A stretch of DNA of 64,000 bases from an uncultured Bdellovibrionales bacterium (GTDB taxonomy: Bacteria > Patescibacteriota > Minisyncoccia > Moranbacterales > UBA1568): NCBI GenBank assembly GCA_964444815.1, contig CAYUIR010000001.1, forward strand, positions 4,520-68,519, in the 5' to 3' direction. Of the stretch, positions 28,327 through 38,307 are shown piece after piece. The notes under the pieces were generated by a model. The model was not told the origin of the DNA. It was given only the letters and a program-made list of their open reading frames with translations, and ran no database searches. The translations under genes and the position numbers were made by a program. Numbering within the stretch: position 1 is the first letter of the stretch; each line of letters opens with the position of its first letter.

Positions 28327-28972
28327 GAAGAAAGTACAAGCAGTGATTTTCGACATGGATGGTGTGTTGTTTCTTTCGAATGGTTGTCATGAGCGGGCCT
28401 GGCGAGAAACGTTCCAGAGTATCGGGATCACGGACTTCTCGTATGCGGCTATTGCTGGGATGCGGACAGATGATGCTCTTGCCAGGGTGATTCTTGAGCA
28501 TGGCAAGCAGGTAGAAAATTATGATATCGAGGTGCTGACAGCGAAAAAGAGGCAATTGGCCTTACAGTTTCTTGAGGCAGAGAGTGAGGTGGCGCCAGAA
28601 AGTGCTACGCTTATCGCCTACCTCAGGAAAAAGTATCGTCTTGCCCTAGCCTCGTCCGCTTCGCCCAAAACGGTGGCGCTTTTTTTAAAAAAGAGTGGCT
28701 ATGCTGATGCATTTGAGGTGGTACTTGATGGTTCCTCGGTGGAGTACTCAAAGCCGGCTCCGGATATTTACCAGTTGGCACTGAGCAAACTCGGGCTTCG
28801 GGGAGAGTGCTGCGTGGTGGTTGAAGATTCCGGCAATGGAATCAGAGCGGCACAGGATGCTGGTATCCCAGTCATTGCTCTGTCCCAGATAGCCGAGGAA
28901 GTAGAAAAAATAAAATCTTTACAGCCGACAGTAATAGTAACGATGCTTTCTGAAATTCAAAAGATTTTATAG
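28313..28972 (+). CDS. HAD-family phosphatase (beta-PGM-like)
   Basis: FDMDGV, LASS, KPAPDIY, EDSGNG. Confidence 0.9.
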   Translation: MILDRKKVQAVIFDMDGVLFLSNGCHERAWRETFQSIGITDFSYAAIAGMRTDDALARVILEHGKQVENYDIEVLTAKKRQLALQFLEAESEVAPESATLIAYLRKKYRLALASSASPKTVALFLKKSGYADAFEVVLDGSSVEYSKPAPDIYQLALSKLGLRGECCVVVEDSGNGIRAAQDAGIPVIALSQIAEEVEKIKSLQPTVIVTMLSEIQKIL

Positions 28973-28975
28973 TGT

Positions 28976-31786
28976 ATGAGAGAATATACTGAGGAAGATA
29001 TTGAGAAATATTTCTTTGATCAACCCAATCCTGATTTTTGGACGGTTATTATTCCGGCTGCTGGTAAGGGGACGCGTCTTGGTTACGACAAGCCGAAGAT
29101 CCTGTATCCGATTGCAGGACGGACGATTCTTGATCGAATGATTGATCTACTGGAGCCACGTTTCAGTCAATTTGTATTAGCACTTTCTCCGGTAGGGGCG
29201 CCCGATGTCATTCCGGAGCTCGAGAAAAGGATTCCTGGTCGTTTCGAAACGGTAACGCTTCAGTCGCGAGGCATGGCTGATTCTATTTATCAGGCTCTTC
29301 ACAAGGTGACTACGCCTTATGTTTTGATTATCTGGGGTGACCAAGTGGCAATCAGTGACCGTACCATCGTAGCAGTTCAGAAAATACTACAATTCACTCC
29401 GGGGGCCAAACTGGCGTTTCCAGTGGTGAAGCGTGAGCAGCCCTACGTGCATTATGAAGTGGACGAACATGGTTCCTTTACGCATGTGCTCGAGAGACGG
29501 GAGGGAGCGAATATGCCGCCACAGGGGAGGAGTGACTGTGGAGTGTTTGCATTCGAGACTCGTCGTCTGCGTGAGGTATATGATGATGAAGTTACGAAGG
29601 GCATCACCCTCAGTCGAGGAACAAAAGAGTGGAATTTTTTGCCGATGTTGCCACGCTTTGAAGCTGGTGGAACCAGTGTGAATGCATACCAGCTTGATGC
29701 GGTAGAAGAGACTATTGGTGTTAACGATGTCAGTGATGCTCTTATGTTGGAAAAACATTTTAACTTATCACAACGTCCTATGAAGGAACGACAAGAGAAA
29801 GTGAAGGTAGCGATGTTTTCGGGTGGGCGCGGGACGGGTGCTATCACGGATGCGCTGCTTCGCTATCCGGATATCGAGTTGACGTTGCTCGTCAATACGT
29901 ACGATGATGGTCTCTCAACGGGATTGCTCCGGCGATTTATCCCAGGAATGCTTGGTCCGTCGGATGTGCGGAAGAATATTTCTCGCTTTCTCCATCATAG
30001 AAAAGATCGAGCCTCACAGGCGCTCTTGTATCTTATCGAGTATCGCTTTCCTGACCCGTATGAAGCGACTGCGGCTCTGGCGCTCCTGCGTGCTTTCAGT
30101 GATTTGAAAAATACCGAATACGCGACCAACGAAATCCTGCAAGCCCGGGAGAATCTGTCTCTCAACCAGATCAAGGCGGCAGCCACGTACCTCGAGGCGT
30201 TTCTCGCATACTACCAAGCTCATCCCGAGAATCATAGCTGGTTCCCTTTTGGTGATGTCTCACTCGGTAATCTCTTGTTTGCAGGGTGTTACTTGGTAAA
30301 TGGCGAGGATTTCAACCGAGCTGTGGCGGACTTCTCTCATTTTGCTGAAATTGGTGACCGAGTGCTCAATCTTACCAATGGGGAAAATCGTGTCTTAGTT
30401 GCTATAAAAGAAAATGGACTATACCTTCATGACGAGGCAAGTGTGGTTGGCCCACAAGACACTTCTCGCATTGAAGAAATCTTTCTCCTCCCGCGTTATC
30501 TGGAGCCAGGAGAACTTGCTGATACGATGACGAAATCGGAAAAAATTGCCTATCTGAGGAGTGTCGAGGCGCTCCCGAGCTTAAGTGAAGCGGCGCGTCA
30601 GGCTCTTCTTGATGCTGACATCATCATTTACGGCCCGGGCACTCAGTACTCGTCACTCCTCCCTTCGTACCTGACACTTGGTGTAGCAGAGGCTATTGAG
30701 CGAAATGCTAAGGCTGAGAAGGTGTTCATTGCCAATATCGCTCGGGACTACGATATTTTGGGTGAGGACGCTACCACGCTCACACGTGCCTTTCTTTGGA
30801 ATATGAGTCGTAAGGGAGCTTATCCGGTGGTGTGTCAGAAGTTTATATCCCGGTTCTTTTTTCAGAAGCCGGAGGCTACATCGTCCGGTGAAACCCCGTA
30901 CGTCCCTTTCAATGCAGCTGAATTTGAGTATCCGCTCGATAAAGTGCGTTGGATTGACTGGGAGGGTGATAAGGGTAAGCATCTCGGAGCCAAAACGATT
31001 TCTGAACTTCTTATTCATGTTGAGGGCGAGATGGAGAAACGGGTGCACCATGTGGCACACCGGGTGTCTATTGTGGTGCCGGTTCTGAATGAAGTACGGA
31101 CGGTTGGTCAGGTACTGAAAAACCTGAAGGTGCTTGACCTCTCACAAATGAAACTTGATAAGGAGATTATCGTAGTAGATGGTGGCTCAACGGATGGGAC
31201 ACTCGACATATTGGCTCAAGAGTCAGATATTCGGGTGTATGAAACTACTGGGGGCCGCGGGAAGGCGCTCGGAACCGGTATTATCAAGGCTAAGGGCGAC
31301 ATCGTCGTTTTTTTCCCGTCAGACGGAGAGTACAATGAGGAGGATATTCTGCGGGTGGTCGCACCGCTCGTCAATCAGGAGTTCCCTGTTGTGCTGGGGA
31401 GCCGTGCGTTTCACACTCACGATTTGAACCGAACACTGAAGCGTGTGTACGGCAGTCATGGCATACTCTTTTATGTGAGCAAGTATGGTGGAATCGCTCT
31501 CTCTATTCTGATGCTGGTGATGTACCATCGCTTCATCAGTGATCCATTCACAACGCTCCGAGGATTTAACATGCGTGTATTTCGAGGTATGCGTTTCGAG
31601 AATACCGGAGCAGAGTTTGATATGGAGCTTATCGCAAAGATCATCCGTCGCGGTCATGTTATACTGGAAGTACCCGTGAGTTACAAAGCCAGAACCGTAG
31701 CAGAAGGAAAGAAGACAACTGTGTGGGACGGTCTCCGATATCTGTGGACGTTGTTGCGTTATTCCTTGTGGAAGCCGAAACAGTAA
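28976..31786 (+). CDS. Triple fusion: GlmU-like nucleotidyltransferase + YvcK/CofD-family domain + GT2
   Basis: PAAGKGTRL..KPK..WGDQ..GVND; SGGRGT..YDDGLSTG..GPSDVRKN..SLGNL..ADIIIYGPGTQYSSL; SIVVPVLNE..DGGSTDGT..EVPVSYKAR..EGKK. Confidence 0.88.
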   Translation: MREYTEEDIEKYFFDQPNPDFWTVIIPAAGKGTRLGYDKPKILYPIAGRTILDRMIDLLEPRFSQFVLALSPVGAPDVIPELEKRIPGRFETVTLQSRGMADSIYQALHKVTTPYVLIIWGDQVAISDRTIVAVQKILQFTPGAKLAFPVVKREQPYVHYEVDEHGSFTHVLERREGANMPPQGRSDCGVFAFETRRLREVYDDEVTKGITLSRGTKEWNFLPMLPRFEAGGTSVNAYQLDAVEETIGVNDVSDALMLEKHFNLSQRPMKERQEKVKVAMFSGGRGTGAITDALLRYPDIELTLLVNTYDDGLSTGLLRRFIPGMLGPSDVRKNISRFLHHRKDRASQALLYLIEYRFPDPYEATAALALLRAFSDLKNTEYATNEILQARENLSLNQIKAAATYLEAFLAYYQAHPENHSWFPFGDVSLGNLLFAGCYLVNGEDFNRAVADFSHFAEIGDRVLNLTNGENRVLVAIKENGLYLHDEASVVGPQDTSRIEEIFLLPRYLEPGELADTMTKSEKIAYLRSVEALPSLSEAARQALLDADIIIYGPGTQYSSLLPSYLTLGVAEAIERNAKAEKVFIANIARDYDILGEDATTLTRAFLWNMSRKGAYPVVCQKFISRFFFQKPEATSSGETPYVPFNAAEFEYPLDKVRWIDWEGDKGKHLGAKTISELLIHVEGEMEKRVHHVAHRVSIVVPVLNEVRTVGQVLKNLKVLDLSQMKLDKEIIVVDGGSTDGTLDILAQESDIRVYETTGGRGKALGTGIIKAKGDIVVFFPSDGEYNEEDILRVVAPLVNQEFPVVLGSRAFHTHDLNRTLKRVYGSHGILFYVSKYGGIALSILMLVMYHRFISDPFTTLRGFNMRVFRGMRFENTGAEFDMELIAKIIRRGHVILEVPVSYKARTVAEGKKTTVWDGLRYLWTLLRYSLWKPKQ

Positions 31787-31796
31787 TTGTTGATAT

Positions 31797-32534
31797 ATGC
31801 CGAAAGTATCTATCGTCATTCCAGCTTATAATGAAGAGGCACTTATTGGGAAACTGCTTGAAGTGATTCTGGAAGTTGATATTCGGTCAATTGGTTTTGA
31901 GCGTGAGATTATTGTGGTGGATAATGGGTCACATGATAAAACCTCAGAAATCGTAGCTCGTTTTCCCGAGGTTCGTTTGCTTCGGATCGAGGTCAACAAG
32001 GGAAAGGGTGATGGCGTGCGCCATGGTATCGCTCATGCGACAGGAGATTATATCCTCATCCAGGATGCTGATCTCGAGTATGATCCCCATGATTATCTCG
32101 TACTGCTACAGCCGCTTTTGACAGCTAATAAGCCGATGTCTGTATATGGGAGTAGAATCTTAGGAGAAATGGAACGGGACAGTAGTTCTTTTTTTGGAAA
32201 GCACCCAGATAAATCGCTCCCTACTTTTATTGCAAATTTCCTCCTTTCTTTTTGGGCGTATTTTTTATTTGGTCAGTGGATTACTGACACTCTGACCGGT
32301 TACAAGATTTATCCTACCAAACTCCTGCAGGGCTTTACCATTCAAACGACTGGCTTCGAAACGGATCATGAGTTGACCGCAAAGCTCATTCGTTCAGGCG
32401 TTTCGATTGTTGAAGTGCCTGTGTCCTATACGCCCCGCACAGTTGAACAAGGCAAAAAAATTCGATACTCTGATTTCTTCATCGCTCTTTCCACATTTTT
32501 CAAATTTCGCTTCGTGTCAAAGCAGGCATTCTAA
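31797..32534 (+). CDS. GT2, polyprenol-phosphate glycosyltransferase (DPM1-like)
   Basis: IPAYNE, DNGSHD, NKGKG, IQDADLEY, DTLTGYK, EVPVSYTPR..GKK. Confidence 0.92.
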   Translation: MPKVSIVIPAYNEEALIGKLLEVILEVDIRSIGFEREIIVVDNGSHDKTSEIVARFPEVRLLRIEVNKGKGDGVRHGIAHATGDYILIQDADLEYDPHDYLVLLQPLLTANKPMSVYGSRILGEMERDSSSFFGKHPDKSLPTFIANFLLSFWAYFLFGQWITDTLTGYKIYPTKLLQGFTIQTTGFETDHELTAKLIRSGVSIVEVPVSYTPRTVEQGKKIRYSDFFIALSTFFKFRFVSKQAF

Positions 32535-32545
32535 GACCTCAAAAA

Positions 32546-32953
32546 ATGCTCCGTATACTCCTGGGACGGTTTCCATTTTGGAAGCTGGTAAAATTTGTCA
32601 TCACCGGTGGGATCGCCTTGGGGATTGATGTGGTTTTGTACTACCTTCTTACTCGTTATGGACATGTCTACTATCTTTTGGCGCGGACACTTTCGCTGGG
32701 AGTAGCTATTATTTGGAGCTTTACGGTCAATCGTCAGTGGACCTTCCGTGCTATAGAGGGCGATACTCGTAAACAGGCAGTCAAGTTTATCACTGTGATA
32801 CTCGCCACCTCGCTTCTCAGTCTCGGGCTTATGCATGTGGGCGTGACGCTACTTCATTTTCATGACCTAGTAGTCATTTTGTTTGCTGCTGTCATTACAA
32901 CCCTTATCAACTTCACCGCCCACTCCTTGTGGAGCTACGCCAAAAAAGCATGA
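32546..32953 (+). CDS. GtrA-family flippase
   Basis: 4 TM, KFVITGG, FTVNRQWTF, NFTAHSLW. Confidence 0.88.
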   Translation: MLRILLGRFPFWKLVKFVITGGIALGIDVVLYYLLTRYGHVYYLLARTLSLGVAIIWSFTVNRQWTFRAIEGDTRKQAVKFITVILATSLLSLGLMHVGVTLLHFHDLVVILFAAVITTLINFTAHSLWSYAKKA

Positions 32954-34596
32954 ATGATGTATTTAAGTGTTTTTCACTAAACTCCGTCTTTATTTTTTTA
33001 ATACTACTTCTTTTCGAAGTTAGTATTCACCCATTGGGCATGGGGCCGGATCGTCGGATTCATGACCCTGCTGTCTATCGGCTTGCTGATGCGAGCTATA
33101 TGCCTGCGGATTGGTATACCAACATGGCAGTTGAAAGTGGCGTCTATACGTTTTATGCTAAGCTCGTGAATGTATACCAGGTACTTTCGATATCTGAGGA
33201 GTTTTGGCGTATGGCGCTCTATCTCCTATCACTAGGAGTTTTGTATGTTGCCCTAATCAAGATTGCCCGACTTTTTTCTGAGAGTGTGCTCGTGGTGCCG
33301 ATTGTAGCGTTTTTTCATGCTATTGTGATCGTGGTGGCCCCACCTATCTGGCTCTATGGTCCGTTTATCCAGGTTGATGGTGGATTGGCACCACGTTCGA
33401 TCGGCATCGCGCTTTCTTTTCTCGCTCTGTATTTTCTATTGATGCAAGCGCGATATATGCCGTGGGTGCTCCTAGGCCTCGCTACCTTGGTGCATGTGTC
33501 CAACTCTCTCATTATTTTCACGCTCTATTTTGGGGCTTGGCTGCTCTTGGCACTTCTGAATCGGGACAGCATCACTCCATGGAGGACACATCTCAGTCTG
33601 CTGTTTCGCCAGGGGAGTACGGCGTTTCTCATCTACCTGCTTGCTGGTGGTTGGTTTGCTCTGTCTGTTTCTTTACGGAATACCGGAGTTTCGGATTTTC
33701 CAGACGCAAAATTCATCTGGACGTGGATCTATTTTCGGGCACCCTACATGGCACTGCCGCTCATGCCCTGGAAGGCCTGGCTCCTCTTTGGGCTCCATAT
33801 TGGCGCTCTCACGGTCTCTTGGTATCTGCTCAGGCAAAGGAGTGCCGAGACTGCCCGAAAGATGCTCGATCTCTTGGCTTTGATTGGGCTGGGAGCAGTC
33901 CTGTATTTCTTTGCTTTTTACGCCTTTGCCTTTATCTATCCCTGGCTGCCTGGGTTCCAGTTTTATTCGTTACGTGTTATTTACCTCATGCACTTTGTAG
34001 CCTATCTTTTTTCAGCCCTAGTACTTATTGTCTGGATGCGACGGTTTGGTATACATCGAACTTTGATAGTGTTCGGATGTTTGGTGCTTACCATGGTCTA
34101 CCTCTTCGCACCCATACAGAATCAGACCAAGAAGATGATTGGAAATCTGAAAACGAGCGTCAATTATCTCCTTCGTCAGCAAACATCATATACTCTGTCA
34201 CCAACGACGAGGGCGCTCTCAACTCTACAGGAGCCGTTCTTGGCACCACCGAATTGGTACGGCTCTCCACGGTATCTGCCGAGTGTGGTGAGTTATAAAA
34301 TGTTTGGGTTTACCCCAGCGGGCCTGAAAGAATGGTACGAGCGTATGAATGACGTGAGCGGGAGCGAGCTTGAACGCTCATATTTGGCACAAGAAGAAGT
34401 AGGTCGTTTTCAGCCAGTGACGCTTAGCTGGGGAGTGCTCTATACTCGCTTGACTACCGAAGAAATAATAACCCTCTCAAAGAAGTATCGCTTTACGCTG
34501 TTCCTAGCCTTACAGTCATCGGAGTATCCGTTTGAGGTGATAGCGGAGGACCCGGACTATCGGCTTTATCGGATTACGACTGGAGAGCCTCGTTAA
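32950..34596 (+). CDS. Multi-TM membrane protein, probable GT-C-type transferase
   Basis: GPD..H/DWY loop, ~11 TM, FRAP motif; ATGA overlap with GtrA gene. Confidence 0.7.
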   Translation: MNDVFKCFSLNSVFIFLILLLFEVSIHPLGMGPDRRIHDPAVYRLADASYMPADWYTNMAVESGVYTFYAKLVNVYQVLSISEEFWRMALYLLSLGVLYVALIKIARLFSESVLVVPIVAFFHAIVIVVAPPIWLYGPFIQVDGGLAPRSIGIALSFLALYFLLMQARYMPWVLLGLATLVHVSNSLIIFTLYFGAWLLLALLNRDSITPWRTHLSLLFRQGSTAFLIYLLAGGWFALSVSLRNTGVSDFPDAKFIWTWIYFRAPYMALPLMPWKAWLLFGLHIGALTVSWYLLRQRSAETARKMLDLLALIGLGAVLYFFAFYAFAFIYPWLPGFQFYSLRVIYLMHFVAYLFSALVLIVWMRRFGIHRTLIVFGCLVLTMVYLFAPIQNQTKKMIGNLKTSVNYLLRQQTSYTLSPTTRALSTLQEPFLAPPNWYGSPRYLPSVVSYKMFGFTPAGLKEWYERMNDVSGSELERSYLAQEEVGRFQPVTLSWGVLYTRLTTEEIITLSKKYRFTLFLALQSSEYPFEVIAEDPDYRLYRITTGEPR

Positions 34597-35767
34597 AGAC
34601 ACTCTCAATTTTCTGGCTGATGAGATCTTGGTGAAACTTATCTTGGTAGAGGGAGAGTGCGTTTTGAGAATACGTATGAAGCAAAGTGGAATCTAGAAGG
34701 AATTTTTCGATGGAAGCAAACAGAAAGTCTTCGACGGGACGGAGACCGCCATTTTTTTGTAGGGCGATGAGATCACTGTAGAAATCTCTGGGATGAGTAT
34801 ACTTGCCTCGGAGTCGATAGGTATCGAGATCGTAGTCCTTGAGTGGGTGATTGGGATAGACCATAGCATTGTAGCCGTCGAGTGCGACTTCGGTAGTAGC
34901 GTATTGATCAGTGCAGATGATGGGCATCCCAAACGAGATTGCCTCGACCAAGACTAGTCCAAAGCCATCGCGGAAGGTCGGAAGCATGAAGATATCATGG
35001 CGAAGGTACATTTCATTCATAGCGTCACCGTTCAGGTTGGCTTCGACGAGGTTGAGGCCCGGGATAGCGCGCATCATCTCGAGGTCACTCTTTTTGACAG
35101 TGTGAAGCGGAGTAATGATCGTGAGTTCAACACCGGTGTATTGCTCTCGAATACGGGAAAAGGCATGGACGAGCTCGATACCACCTTTCATGTAAAACAT
35201 ACCTGCAAAGAGGAGTTTCAATGTCCCTTGAAATTGTTTCGGACTCAGATTCTTACTCTCAATAAGAGGGTAAATTTGGATTGATTTTTTTTCTGCTATG
35301 GCGCGAGTCTGGGCGCCATAAGGGACGGTCGCAAAAAAGCTCTTTTGTCCAGCTTCGCTCATGAAAATGAGTCGTCGGCATGATTTTTGTCGGACGAGGA
35401 AGGAGAAAAAGATTCGTGCTAGGGGGTTTGCAGCGATTGTAGTGTCGTAGTTGTACAGCGCGACGCCGTTCTCAATATAGACACAGTAGGGTTTGTTAGT
35501 AAGGAGCATGCATCCATAGGTAAAAAACATGTCTGCGTCCTGATCAAATTTAATGCGCACATTGAGAATACCGAACAGTCGCCTCAGCTCATTAATGCGA
35601 CTCGATTTGACGCGCACAATCTCTTGCTCATAGGGAGGGAGCATAGATTGGTAGAAGTTACCGCTACTTGGTTTCTTAATGATGAACTCAAAGTCCTTCA
35701 GAAACTTTCCAAAGTTCACGATGTGCTTTCGGAGATATGGCTGGAAAAGGACAATTCGGTGTTTCAT
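34574..35767 (-). CDS. Glycosyltransferase family 4
   Basis: FYMKGG, LPTFRDGFGLVLVEAISFG; ATG 35767 in ATGA overlap. Confidence 0.88.
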   Translation of the reverse strand: MKHRIVLFQPYLRKHIVNFGKFLKDFEFIIKKPSSGNFYQSMLPPYEQEIVRVKSSRINELRRLFGILNVRIKFDQDADMFFTYGCMLLTNKPYCVYIENGVALYNYDTTIAANPLARIFFSFLVRQKSCRRLIFMSEAGQKSFFATVPYGAQTRAIAEKKSIQIYPLIESKNLSPKQFQGTLKLLFAGMFYMKGGIELVHAFSRIREQYTGVELTIITPLHTVKKSDLEMMRAIPGLNLVEANLNGDAMNEMYLRHDIFMLPTFRDGFGLVLVEAISFGMPIICTDQYATTEVALDGYNAMVYPNHPLKDYDLDTYRLRGKYTHPRDFYSDLIALQKNGGLRPVEDFLFASIEKFLLDSTLLHTYSQNALSLYQDKFHQDLISQKIESVFNEALQS

Positions 35768-36561
35768 GATTTCTTTCGGAGAACGAGTAAAACAGCGTGA
35801 CCAGCCACCGGTGCAAAGAGGACGGAAAAAATATAACACAATCCTTGACCAAGAAGACTCTTGTTGTTGTAAAGACGCTGGAAAATTGGCTTGAGAACAC
35901 CACTTTCATCCTTGAGCCCCTTGAATCCTTCGTAGGGTCTCTTTTCTACGAGTTCGAATCCCAATCTTTGAAATGTGGCGATAGTGCGATCGGCAGAAAG
36001 AGCAAATTGGTAGAAGTGATTGCAATCAAAAGTAGTCTGATTAAAAAGTGGATAGGTACCGAGCGATGCTTTGAGTTTCCGTAGGGGAGACATGTAGGGA
36101 AAGGTCAGAAAAAGATAACCACCAGGCTTGAGGACTCGGTGCATCTCTTTTGCTATGGATTCATATCCCTCCGGAAAGTGCTCAATAACTCCGAGTGACC
36201 AGTAGCCGTCAAAAGTAGCTTCGTCAAAATCAAGTTTTCGTACATCACCAAGCGTGATGGTGAGGTCTGGCAGGAGAGTGTTGATTTGGCGCACTGTTTT
36301 TTCTGCAAAATCCACGCCCTGTGCGAGGTAGCCTTTGGAGACAAGTGAGTAGACATATTGACCTTTGCCACAGCCACCCTCAAGAATTCGAGCACCTCGT
36401 TTGAGGTATTCCTTCGTTATACCCGAGACAAAGTGCTCTTTCGCTCCAGCGAGGATGCTTTTCTTGAGCTGTTCATCCTCCCATTGGCGGTCCCAAAATT
36501 CGGGCGTAGCGCGCTCTTCGATGTAGACAAGCTGATCGTGCTCTCGGTCGTAGTAACGCAT
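35764..36561 (-). CDS. Class I SAM methyltransferase
   Basis: LEGGCGKG, GVDF, GDVR, SLGVIEHF, RVLKPGG. Confidence 0.9.
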   Translation of the reverse strand: MRYYDREHDQLVYIEERATPEFWDRQWEDEQLKKSILAGAKEHFVSGITKEYLKRGARILEGGCGKGQYVYSLVSKGYLAQGVDFAEKTVRQINTLLPDLTITLGDVRKLDFDEATFDGYWSLGVIEHFPEGYESIAKEMHRVLKPGGYLFLTFPYMSPLRKLKASLGTYPLFNQTTFDCNHFYQFALSADRTIATFQRLGFELVEKRPYEGFKGLKDESGVLKPIFQRLYNNKSLLGQGLCYIFSVLFAPVAGHAVLLVLRKKS

Positions 36562-36565
36562 AGGA

Positions 36566-37300
36566 TTAAGGTTTCTTGGCGATAAGGATGCAGTTGAGGG
36601 TCAATCCACGAAAAATTAATTGGTCGAGTTTCTTCATCCCTGGTAGACCACTTCTTCCGAGAGTAAAACAGAACCAGTCAAAACATATCCCGATAATGTT
36701 GTTGATCAGGTACAGAGGAGCAAATAGGAGACCTAAACCAAATGATGCGAGAAAATAATTCCAGAGCTGAATGAGGGTTGTCAAATAACTATTTGATTCT
36801 TCCAGCTTTTCTATGTGAAAATCTTTAAAGAGAAGAGCAAGACCAAATTTAGTAAAACGCCAGTAGTCTACATTCCAAAAAGAAAGCGTCTTTGAGTCAA
36901 AATTGTGCACCGGCGCTTCGCTCGGACGGAGCGGAATACCGTGATTCCGTACGGTTTGCGGGACCGTCACCAATACAAGGCCACCGGGCTTCAAGATACG
37001 TTCAATTTCCTTGATGGTTGCCGATGTATCAGAGATATGTTCGAGCGACTGATTTAGAACAATACCATCGATACTATTGTTCGGGAGTCCTGTGTCCCAA
37101 GCATCGCGGATGATGTCGGCCTTGGTACCCGGGAAGGGATCAACTCCAACGTATCTAGCGGAAAAATAGTGCGCGTATGGCTTGTCACCACAGCCGATAT
37201 CGACCACTGTCATTGCTGAAGTGAAATGAGTAGCAAAGTCAGCCACAGCCTGTTCAACGGGCTTGCGGGCGAGATAGTTGCTGGAGAAGAGGGAAATCAT
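36566..37300 (-). CDS. Class I SAM methyltransferase
   Basis: VDIGCGDKPY, QSLEHI, RILKPGG, DYWRFT. Confidence 0.9.
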   Translation of the reverse strand: MISLFSSNYLARKPVEQAVADFATHFTSAMTVVDIGCGDKPYAHYFSARYVGVDPFPGTKADIIRDAWDTGLPNNSIDGIVLNQSLEHISDTSATIKEIERILKPGGLVLVTVPQTVRNHGIPLRPSEAPVHNFDSKTLSFWNVDYWRFTKFGLALLFKDFHIEKLEESNSYLTTLIQLWNYFLASFGLGLLFAPLYLINNIIGICFDWFCFTLGRSGLPGMKKLDQLIFRGLTLNCILIAKKP

Positions 37301-38307
37301 ACTGACAGGGATTTATTAAGGGCGGATTGATATTCGTCTATCATACGTTCGAGTGAAAAGCGAAGGAGGGAATTCTCTCGACAATGACGCTTATATTCGG
37401 GCAATGTCAACGTGAGTTCGTACAGTTGTCGAGCAAAAAGAGCGGGGTCAATTTGTCGTCGTTTCCAGAAGGCATCTCCCTGTGTGGAGAGGAGGAGTCC
37501 AGTTTGGCCATGCTCGACTATTTCAGGCATTGCCCCATCACCGATCCCGCAGATAGGTAGTCCACAGGCAAGTGCCTCGAGAACATTGTTTGGACAGGGA
37601 GGGTTCAGATGGCTCAAGAGAAAAACATCGCACCCGCGTTCATACTTCGGTAGATCACTGTTGGCAATTTTACCAAGAAATACCACATTACTAAAGTGTG
37701 CGTACTCTTGAGGGATATGGGCCACTTCACGGCTAAATTGTCCCGCGATAACAAAGCGAAATCGATTATTGTACAGTTTTTTGTATTGAGCGATAGCTTG
37801 TAAGAGCGGGAGTATCTGATCCTTTCTGCGAAAATCAGAAACAGTAAAAAATACCATCTGATCCGGGTACTCACGGAGTGAGAGGGTTTCACCTTCGGGG
37901 CTGAAGAGTTGTGTATCGACCCCATTAAAAATGGTCGTACTGGGATCGGGATTTATTTTTCCGAGAAATGCTTCCACACAGCGCTGACTATATTTGCTCT
38001 GATAAATGCTGAAATCGGCAAAAAACCAGCGAGTGAGCATGGCTTTGAGATTGTAGAAAGGAAACTTCCAAGAGGCAACAGACCAATAGTACGTACCATC
38101 TAGACGTTGAACAATCTTTTTCCCACGCTTCTTGGCATCTAAGAGGTAGCGGAATGGCCCCTGCACGATAAGGAAAAGAACGTCGTAGTCCTCACGATAT
38201 TCAAAGAATACTTCATGACCATGCTTTTCCATGCCCGCTTTAAATTTGCTGGCAAAAATAGAAGTGCCACCAATATCTCTACGTGCAAATGGAATAAATA
38301 TCTTCAT
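37297..38307 (-). CDS. Glycosyltransferase family 4
   Basis: GGTSIF, QRLDG, IFNGVD, PCPNNVLEALACGLP. Confidence 0.88.
   Translation of the reverse strand: MKIFIPFARRDIGGTSIFASKFKAGMEKHGHEVFFEYREDYDVLFLIVQGPFRYLLDAKKRGKKIVQRLDGTYYWSVASWKFPFYNLKAMLTRWFFADFSIYQSKYSQRCVEAFLGKINPDPSTTIFNGVDTQLFSPEGETLSLREYPDQMVFFTVSDFRRKDQILPLLQAIAQYKKLYNNRFRFVIAGQFSREVAHIPQEYAHFSNVVFLGKIANSDLPKYERGCDVFLLSHLNPPCPNNVLEALACGLPICGIGDGAMPEIVEHGQTGLLLSTQGDAFWKRRQIDPALFARQLYELTLTLPEYKRHCRENSLLRFSLERMIDEYQSALNKSLSV

Noticed and set aside
28976-31786. F420 biosynthesis, linking the CofD-like domain to the rib genes
   Set aside because: No CofG/CofH/CofE in the window, motifs are closer to YvcK, and the domain is fused to a GT2 in a glycan operon.
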